From Lama glama (Eukaryota), in contig CM052817.1 of NCBI GenBank assembly GCA_028534125.1, positions 88,972,001 through 89,036,000 on the forward strand: 64,000 nucleotides of DNA, in the 5' to 3' direction. The translations under genes were made by a program, and so were the position numbers. A model generated the notes under the pieces. That model made no database searches. It had not been told where the DNA came from and was given only the letters and a program-made list of their open reading frames with translations. Positions 54,761 to 64,000 of this stretch are shown here, one piece after another; the first letter of the stretch is position 1, and every line of letters begins with the position of its first letter.

Positions 54761-57367
54761 GCTTCTGCTCAGTGTGTTCCCTTGGTCTCAGGAAAAGTAC
54801 TGCTTAGCTTCTCAGTTAGTCAGAAATCTCTCCTGAGTGGGCAGCAGTAGCAGAAGAGAGTCTCCAAATGCAAACATCATCTCTAATTTTTATTCTCATT
54901 TTAGGTAATCTTTCTATTATTCATTTTCCCTATATTTCCTTTTTTAAAGATATAACTCTTGGTAATTCAGTGTCTTCCAGTAGGTAATTTTCATATTTTG
55001 CATAATTTTTATAGCTTCTATTTATTTACTAGGAGAGTTCATACAAATTACTTTTAATGTCAATGACAGTTTGATTAATAAAAATTTATATACTTATGCA
55101 TATCATGGCATTTTCAAAATTAGCATATGTAATATGACCTCAGAATTAAATGGTCAACTAATTTATTGTATTTACATTATAATTAACCCCTTGCTCATTG
55201 TCCTGGCTGGCTGAGTTATGGTGGAGAGAGCAAAAATCAATATCAAAACAAACAAAAAGGTGTATATGTGTATTTTAGACCATTTGGAAAGTAAAAAATT
55301 AAAAATGATATTAACTCCTCACTCTTGTTTTCCATTCTGCCTAACTTATATACTTGTCAAAATATATCAAAGATATATTGTGATCTTAATGATGCTACTA
55401 AACCAGAGATTGAAACTATGTCTAATGAAACTGTCAGTATATTGTTTCTTGAAAGATTTAACAAAGAAAAGAAGAATAAATGCCTTATTGGAAATGCAAA
55501 AATCCCTAAAATATAAATGCATAGATTAACTTAAAGTCCTTTTAGATTTTAACAATTATAAATACCTAGTTAATATTACTTATTTCAGATATTACAAATT
55601 TGGGATATGCAAAAAATAAAATTTTAACAATTTAAAGGAAATATGCTGATAAAATAAACTAAATATGAAATAAATAAAATAAAATATGCTGAGGCTGTTG
55701 TTTGTGAAAATAAGTAAACTAATTGCAATACCTTTTTTTACTTTAATGTAATATAATTGACAGCTAAATTATTATTCACTTCAAAAACCTGAAAAGGATA
55801 TTTAATCTTTAATATTCTTAAATATTTGGGGCTCTCATTGTGAGACTTTTGCCTATGCAACATTATAACACTGCCAATTTTGGATATAAATAAATTGGAA
55901 TCAGTCATGAAAAAATAGGATAATAAATGCTGACATGAAGGCTGAGATAAGACTTATTAATCGTATCACTTAGCAACAGCTAATGAGGAGGCCATCATGC
56001 CAATTTATCCTTGAAATTATATAATTCAAGTAAAGTATCCTAGGCAAATTAAAAGCCTTAATGATTATTCATAGAATAACACGGCAGTGTAAAATTGCCC
56101 AGTTCATCTTAGAATTGTGGTTTGGTAAAAAAAAAAAAGTGACCCTAGAATTATAAATGATGGTAGCAAAATAACATCATGAAAAACTAGTTTGAGGTCT
56201 TACAAGGAATCAAAAGTAATGTGAATTAAATTTTATTTTGGCCCCTTAAGCATGAATTCCCATAGGTGACTTTTATTTCTTGTGTATATTTTAATGTTAT
56301 CAGTATCTATAATAGTATCCTTGTTAAAATTTTGGCTATACGATGCAATTTAGAAGTTTTTGCTAATATCCTGTCAAACTTAGTAGCTGTCGAGGAATTC
56401 TTAAATATTTTAAGTAGAAAAAAATGTGTATTCTCTCTTTTCACCTGTTACATAAAGACCAAAAGCATGTTTGTCTATGTGTGTCTCTAAAGATTCTAAA
56501 ACTCAGACAATAAATCAAAGACACACTTAAAAAACTTTTTTCATACATATCACTGACTGAAATCAAGTGTTATGCTTAGCCGTTAAGTGCTAATGATGAA
56601 GAAATTGGTATTGCAACATATACTTTGAATTAAAGTAAGCATAGAAATAATTTTTAAAAAGAGCCATGGGATTAAATTTACATTTTCTTTTAATCATGGA
56701 ATTCATATTTATACTCCTGAAAAATAAATAAGAAGCAGCAGTAAACAAATTAAGCTTTTTTGCTCTTAGAATATTCAATATAAGTTTTGTGTCTCTATTT
56801 TAGATATAATGATCTTTACAAACTATAAGTAAATTTATATGTGTTGATTTACTTAAAATCAGATTAAAGTGCCAAGTAATACCTAACTGATATTAAATGT
56901 TTACATTGGAGAATAATTATTTTAAAAAGATATATAGAAGATATATAGAATATAGGGATATATAGAATCTGATTCTCATCAGATTTATGCTATATAAAAT
57001 TTGTGGGTCATAGCAATAAAATATTGACAATTGTTTTGTAGAAAATAAATGTTGCATATTCTACATTTACACTTTGATACTTTTCAGAATATTATAGTTT
57101 AAGAAAAAGATAATGGGCACATGTGTGTTTTAAATTGCATTTTTCCATTAATGTCTTGTTGTAGAAATGTAATTGTGATACAAAAAAAAAAGGATGAATA
57201 GAAGAAATCAATACTGATAATAGACTGGACTTTTAAAAATAGTGTTAATATGAAAATAAAAAGAGTGTGAAAAAGAAGAGCAGGTGCTTTATAATATAGC
57301 TAAGAATATTTAAATGGAGTCAAATTGGGCAATTAGAAAAAGACAAATCAGAGTTAATGAGCATTTT

Positions 57368-57432
57368 CTTTAATAGAGGTACTATTGAGCCCAGGACCGG
57401 TGCATACTACCACTGAGCTATATCCACTCCCC
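57368..57432 (-). mobile_element. tRNA-derived SINE (camelid vic-1-like), internally deleted
   Basis: Reverse strand GGGGAGTGGATATAGCTCAGTGGTAG...GGTCCTGGGCTCAAT...AGTACCTCTATTAAAG has a Pol III A box and a degenerate B box. TSD taatgagcatttt (57355-57367) vs tgatcagcatttt (57433-57445), 11/13 identical. Confidence 0.75.
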
Positions 57433-58186
57433 TGATCAGCATTTTATAATTAACTGGTGTCTTGTCAAAATAATTGAAGTTGTGGTTGAAGTTACACTTA
57501 CTTTCATTGAATACTGTAACATGCTGCACAACTACAAAGTGTCATTTTTCCTTAAATTAAACAAAGAATCGAGCATATATATGATATATGATATACTATA
57601 TATGTATCATATATGTGTGTGTATATGTTACATGTATATTTGGTGTGTCTGTTCATATCTAGACATAGAGACTACATACCCTTTTCGTAGAATATGCGTA
57701 CGCTGTGAGAGAATATGTGAGCAAGCAAGGGAGTGAGTTAACAACTATTATCTCAATATACTGAACTCAAGAGAAGAGAAAGCTAATGTTTAAAACCCAC
57801 TTCATAAAAGTACTTTGCCTTATTTACATGAGTTCTTCTGCAAATTTCACTAGCAACTTCTTCCCTGAAACACTAAACTGAAAAAGGCCACTATAGAATT
57901 CTGAGTAAAGTTCAATTTTTTTTTCCCTGATTCAAAATCCATTAATTTCCTTTTCACTCTGTGGGTTCTGCTGACCTTTATTATAATGTGAAAAGTATAC
58001 CAATAATGAAGGGTAAAGATAAAATAAGGTTCTAACCTAGAAAGAAATTTGATCATAATTTTTCTCGTGTGAAATCAAAACACAGGGCTTAGGTGCCAAC
58101 TAAATGCTTTTAGATAGGGGGTATAACTCACATGAATGAGAACATTTTGCACCAAACTTTTTTTTTTAATCATTCTGCTATTGCTA

Positions 58187-58250
58187 TAATTAAATTTAAA
58201 TGAATCTTTAATTAAATTTAAGTGAATTTTTGATCAAATTCAAATAAAAC
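58187..58250 (+). repeat. 22-bp period AT-rich minisatellite (~3 diverged copies)
   Basis: taattaaatttaaatgaatctt / taattaaatttaagtgaatttt / tgatcaaattcaaataaaac. Confidence 0.65.
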
Positions 58251-58659
58251 AAAAATTTATCTTATTTACTCATTTATTTATCTGTACTATTCACATTAAC
58301 ATGTATTATCAAGGTAATCATATGAAAGTTATTAGTAGGAACATTAGACAGGTGAGGAAATTGAGAACCAAAAAAATTTAATTATATTCTAATGATTTCA
58401 CCACAAATTGACAGTCAATACTTAAATCAATATCCTTTGACTTCTACCTAATAATTTTTCCCAAGGACACTGATTCCTAAGTTTTCAGTTTTATTATCAC
58501 ATTTTGTGTTTTATTGTGATTTATTGCTGTCTGAATATAACTCATTAGTCTGAAGATAACTTACATGCAAACTGAAGGGATAGAATTGGGTGAATTTAAA
58601 GATCCTAATCAAAGGGGAACTTACTCTGATAGGCTAACATTTGAAGAGCTACTTCTGTG

Positions 58660-58855
58660 TATTAGGCCTATTCATACATTGTATCTTTTAATAATATAAA
58701 CTACAATGTTAAATATTTTATTCTTATCCAAAAGATGAGGTGGAGACTATGAAAAAGGATGTAATTTGCCTAAATTCACATAAACAGTAAGTAGAGGAAA
58801 GACTTAAAGCCATGTGTAATTGACCTCAAAGTCCTCATTCTTTCAATTAAACCAT
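58660..58855 (-). mobile_element. MIR fragment
   Basis: agatgaggtggagact...gtaatttgcctaaattcacataaacagtaagt...tgacctcaaagtcctcattcttt. Confidence 0.6.
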
Positions 58856-59745
58856 AGAAGTGGCTAAAAAATCATGGCACAATGTCCTACCCATCAGATT
58901 TCTAGGAAAACTTCCTTTTTTACAAAAGTTAAATGGAAAAATTTCACGTATAATGTCCAGTTTCAATCTTGAATCTAAATAATGAAAATCACTTGGGCCT
59001 GTTTGTGCTTAAACTATTCAGAAACCATTGCCTTCAAATAAATGCTTTTTAGGTGGAGGCGTTATTCAAAAAAAAAAAAAACTCTTAAGAAAACCTACAT
59101 ATAACTACTAATCACACAAGTACAAATAACTGTATTTTCTCAAGAATAAGAATTTCCTAATTTTCTTGACCTTAAAAACAAGTCTAATTTGTCAGTCATG
59201 GTCTGTGGAATTCAGTGTTACAGATGAGTTAATATTCCAACTTTATCTTTCAATATGCTATCTACTGGTTTTAGGTAATAGATTTTACTGCATATGTAGC
59301 CATGATCACTGATAAAAATTAACATTTAAAAATTAATCTCAAATTCTACTCTATGATTCAGTTGTTTTTAGAATAAGTTGAATTATTTTATTATTGGCTA
59401 TAACTAGATTTGACCTCTTTACAAAAATGACTGAATCCTTTCAAATGTATTGGCTTCATGTATTGTTGTCCTTTTAGATGAACTTACAGGACTTACTGTT
59501 AAGAGTCAAAATAGACTAAATTTGTACCAGTAGGTTGTACTGGCAACATTGTGCTACTTATCTTGAAGTTATTTTGAATCAGGGAGATGAAGTTATATTG
59601 TGCATCGAGCCCTTGGTGAGGCTAATTTTTCCATCCTCCTTTCTTTTATCTAAGAGGTAATTTCATCCTTTACTACAGAAGTTCTTGAAGACAGATTTGG
59701 AAAATATAATTTGGTCCATCTCAAAATGTATTAATATTGTTGTTT

Positions 59746-59774
59746 TAGTAGTAGTAGTAGTAGTAGTAGTAGTA
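59746..59774 (+). repeat. (TAG)9 microsatellite
   Basis: Direct reading. Confidence 0.95.
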
Positions 59775-60094
59775 AGCCAACAAAAGAGAATATAGATCAA
59801 TATGTGTGACAGCATACAATCTTAAGTTGTTTCTTGAGTTCTGAATTTGGGATCTACTAATTATTAAGAAAGCCAGGATGTCACAGAGGGACTGAGATTG
59901 TCAGAGGGTGAGGGCTTTGACCTGTGGTGGTCTCTGGGGTGACAGCATGAGGTCATAGGAATACCATAGACTAGACTCATCACGTTCATTATTTTGTAAG
60001 GTTTAAAATATTGAATCACTATCTTGTACAAATACAAAATTGTAAGTTATTATACATCAATAAAAAGAAGATATAGAGATTAAACTAAAAAAGA

Positions 60095-60623
60095 AAAGAA
60101 AATGCAGTGTATATATAGAATGGAATGTTACTCTACCATAAAAAAAGGAAATCTTGCCATTTACAGCAATATGGGTGGACCTTGAGAGCATTATGCTAAG
60201 TGAAATAAGTCAGAAAGACAAATGCTGCGTGATCTCCCTTATATGTGAAGTAAAAAAAAAAAACCCTGATAGAAATAAAGATCAGATTTGTGATTGCCGA
60301 AGTCTGGGGGTAAGGAATGAGGAGTAAGAGCTACAAATTTCCGGGTTATAAGACAAGTAGCTCCCAGGAATGTAATGTGTATGATGACTGTAGTCAACAC
60401 TGTTGTATGGTATATTTGAAAGTTGCTAAGAGAGTAAATCCTAAAAGCTCTCATCAAAAGGAAAAAAATTTGTGACAATTTGGGGTGATGGATATTAACT
60501 AAATATATTGTGGTAATCATTTCAGAATATACATATGCTGAGTCATTATGCTGTACACCTTAAACTTATACAGTGTTGTACGCAATTATATAACCAATAA
60601 AACTGGAAGAAAAAAATAAAAAT
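60095..60623 (+). mobile_element. L1 (L1MA9/MB-type) ORF2 end, 3'UTR and A-tail
   Basis: gaaatcttgccattt...gcattatgctaagtgaaataagtcaga...gaaagttgctaagagagtaaatc...tgctgtacaccttaaactta...caataaaactggaagaaaaaaa. Confidence 0.88.
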
Positions 60624-61241
60624 TGTGGGAGCCCATGATTGGATTAACAAATTGTAACAGATCCCAGCCGCTTATCTCCTTAAAGAAATGTGCTTAGTAA
60701 CTGCCTTGAGGTTTTAGCAATGACCAAGGCCCCCGGTTATAAATGCTGGGCGTGCCTGCTGTTAGTCTTCTATCCCCAGAACAGCCTTGGGCTGGAATGG
60801 TAAAAAGCTGCAGACTCAGAGGTGAGAAGGCTAGTTAGCCAATGATGGGCAAGATCCCCTGAGGGGGGCAATTTAAGACAGGCACAGCCGCCTGAGTCCA
60901 AGTTGTTAAGCAGCTTATTCTCATACGTTCTGCCCTGATAAGCTGTAAGGCTCAACACGAACATGATTCACCAAAAGGGTCTTCTGACCTTGAGCCAAAC
61001 ACCAACAATAAACAAAGCCTTTGTACTCATTGTGATCCCACCCTGTCCTTCCCTAAATTCCTGCATTCCTCCTTTGACTGTACTCAATAAATATGGGAGA
61101 TTTGAGAGGCTTGGGGAGTTGGCTTCCCCACCCCCTACACTCCGTCTAGCTCTCTTGACTTTTCCACAGAGTCTTGAGTAATTCATTCCGTCTCAGTGGG
61201 ACTTCTGCTGGCCAGAACCCAATACTGGTGACGAACCCACA
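60624..61241 (+). mobile_element. Solo retroviral LTR (618 bp) with 6-bp TSD, class II (ERV2)-like
   Basis: Termini TGTGGG...CCCACA; AAAAAT at 60618-60623 and 61242-61247; TATAAA 60738, CCAAT 60839, AATAAA 61007 and 61086; higher GC than the flanks. Confidence 0.85.
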
Positions 61242-61309
61242 AAAAATTATGGCCAACGTAAAAAAAAAGAGAGAAAAAAAGTTCTATGTGAACATACAAC
61301 AGGGTAAGT

Positions 61310-61700
61310 TCCAACTTAGAAGGTTTTGAAGAAGTTCATTACTCCCAATAGGAAATAATTATTGAGCAGAATCCTGAAGAAAGTGTAAAAGCTAGGCAAA
61401 CAAAGGGTGAAGGGCAAAAACATTCTGAGTGTGATCAGGAACTGCCTCAAAGACCATAAGCAAGGACAAACATATGATGTAATCACTGAGCAATGTGAAG
61501 TATTTGTGGGTGTAATCAGGCATTAATTAGTAAGGAATTTAGGGGTTGACTACCTCTGGAGATTGAAAAAAATTAACCAATGACTTAAGAATATTTGAGG
61601 GAAAATGGCATGATTAGAAATGCCTTACAGAACTAATTCCGATCTCACTGTGAATAACGTTGGGAGGGAGAAAGGTAGAGTAAGTGACCATTAAGATGCT
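61310..61700 (-). mobile_element. L2 fragment
   Basis: ttgagcagaatcctgaaga...aaacattctgag...caaagacc and aaatggcatgattagaaatgcctt resemble reverse-oriented L2. Confidence 0.45.
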
Positions 61701-64000
61701 GCTGGAATATGAAAAGGACATATGGATAGTCTGAACCTAAGAAATAATTGATAGATTGTTGAGATTTAAAGTGGACGTTGGTAATATTTTTGGACCTAAC
61801 ATGAACCTTTAGTTAGTAATAATATTTAGTTCTCTATTTTACAGAAAAGTAGAATGTGTCAGGGACATTCAGCAATTTCAAAATAGTTATATACCTAGTT
61901 AATGGCTAAGACAGCAAGATTCCAAAGAAATATTCTAATGCTAACTTTAATGTTAAATGGCCTAATTTTTTGAAAGTTCAACACAATGGAAATGTGATAT
62001 AGCTTCTGAATTGTAGAGGATAAACTGGAAGCTCAGAATTGTCCCATGATCTCAGCATAAGAAAATTCTGAGTTTTATTCTCTGTGGCATTCAGTGAGAT
62101 CAACTGCAAAAACTTCTGTCAACTTGTATCCTGGAATTGAGACAGGTTTTCTTGGATCTCTAATGAGATTTGTCGGGGAGATTCACAAAGGAGTTCTCTA
62201 AGAGGGGCTGCCCTGTCTATAGGTATGTGAACTTTGGAGGGCTTCCTTGTTCTGATGAACCCAGAAGACTGGAGAGGGACTAAACATGTGTACTGAATTG
62301 TTCCTAGTTCATATGTTTGAAATAATGCTGCTTCTCCTTGGCCTGTGTCCAGTGAGGCTTATGGAAATGAAGGTGGTTGAGGTCAGAGTTTGCAAAGTTA
62401 ATCCACACAGACTCACAGGAGTAAAAATGATGTTTTATCTCCCATTTGCTTATTAATCATTGCCTCAGAAAGTCCAACAGCGTGATTTGCTTAAATAATA
62501 GGCAACAATATTAATTTTTAATATTTACAATTAATAGTGAAAATTAAATAGTGACACTGGGTATTTTGAAGCCAATACACTAATTCAGAAAAGAAGGAGG
62601 TTTTTATTAACTCTAGGGAAAATTTAATGATCAGTTGAGTAAGGTTGCCTTGGTCTTTTAGCAATTATTAGAAGAAAATCATTAAATAAAGATGTTGCTG
62701 TTATCACTGTTAGGAAAACAATTAGAGAGCACCTAACCTCTTCCTCTCTCAAGTCTACATTACCATCCACATCTCCATCACATTCACTCTGAAACGTCTG
62801 AGCCTGAACTGAAGACCATCCTTTGATTCTGTCTCAAGTCTTTGTTGCTGCAGTTTACTAGTTGAAGAACGTGGACTTTTTTCTTGTGAAAAAGTGTCAG
62901 ATTTTTCAAAGGACTGACAAAGAAAATATTGATTATAGGGCTTAAAATAGGTTGCTGCATAGGAAATGGTGGATAATTGTGTTCTGACTTCAAAAAAAAG
63001 AATTTCTATGTAACATTTTGTTCTGGAAATTCAAGTTCTTTTTTTCTTATATATTCTAAGGAATGAGAAAATTAAATACTTCTGTCTAGGAAGGATGATC
63101 TCTTTGTGGAGGCAACTATCTGAGAATGGATTTTATGGTTAATTTCACCATGTCATTGGACATGGATCAATGGGTGCACTTAGCATTAAAGAATCAGGAG
63201 GAAGAAAAGAGGCCTGTGATCTCCAGTTCTTTTATTAGCATGGTAATATGTGTGCGATCTATTGGACTTAACAGTGGGTTTTCCATTTCTAAGGATGAAT
63301 CCTGTTTCTCTTGTTGTTTTCTTTTCATGTAGAGTGAATATGAAAGCTATCCCAGTAGGAGAAAAAAATAGATTCCTTGGGTACCAGGCTTTTGAGGTTT
63401 AAGTACCAGATATTTACAGAAGATATCTGAAAACTAGATTCCCCTCATCTGGATAGTTGAGATTCCTCTAGCCAAGGGTATGACGTCTTCAGCATTTGGT
63501 GCAGTGTCTTCCCAAGAGGAAGGAATAAACCTCTGATTCCTCGGCAAACAAGTATATGCTCAGAATCATTTTTGGAAAATCCTGCTTGTCATACCACAAA
63601 GTTGTAACTCCTGATCTTCCTACAATATCATATCTATGAGCACTTATTACCTTTCTGAAAGAAGAAATACACATACACACACACACATATGTATATATAT
63701 GCTTTTGGGTGTTGTACCCTTTACATTAGCATCAATGTGCCTCATGGTGTGTTTCTGAAAAATGAAATGCTAAATATAAACATATTTGAAAATCTGTTAA
63801 AGGGCAGAACAAATGGCAATTATTTTAAGTTTATATGACTGGCTCTTTTAGAAGCAGACACCTGTCTTTTCTATACAAACTTTATGTTAGAGAAGTTGAT
63901 GTCAACATCTAGTCATACAAGATGACCAAATTCTGGAATATCATCAGAATACCCTGAAGGCTCTTGTCTATGAGTTAGACAACTGGCTGGTACTCTTGCC

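Noticed and set aside
55218..55529. 103-aa ORF with faint resemblance (SKKLKMILT) to a hAT transposase C-terminus
   Set aside because: Similarity too weak to support without an HMM search.

Overview
AT-rich mammalian non-coding DNA (gene desert or deep intron). I recognised no intact host protein-coding exon, RNA gene or CRISPR-like array. A tRNA-derived SINE resembling camelid vic-1 and the style of the young L1 3' ends suggest a camelid, but this is from recalled consensus sequences, not a search. The clearest features are: (1) a full-length, multiply disabled GAPDH processed pseudogene on the minus strand (14111-15378), apparently inside an ancient L1; (2) a young 5'-truncated L1 with a 19-bp target-site duplication (TSD) and a 184-aa ORF2 C-terminus (44881-45902); (3) a 618-bp solo LTR with TGTGGG...CCCACA termini and a 6-bp TSD (60624-61241); (4) many old MaLR/ERVL LTRs, MIR, L2, L1M and DNA-transposon fossils; (5) a 500-N assembly gap. 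The least explained structures are a ~150-bp non-tandem direct duplication with an associated 15-bp repeat (31794-33643) and an exact 19-bp direct repeat bracketing a 1.1-kb mosaic of old repeats (23355-24492). I found no support for a novel multi-gene biological system. Repeat subfamily names and the boundaries of old elements are approximate and need RepeatMasker/Dfam confirmation.
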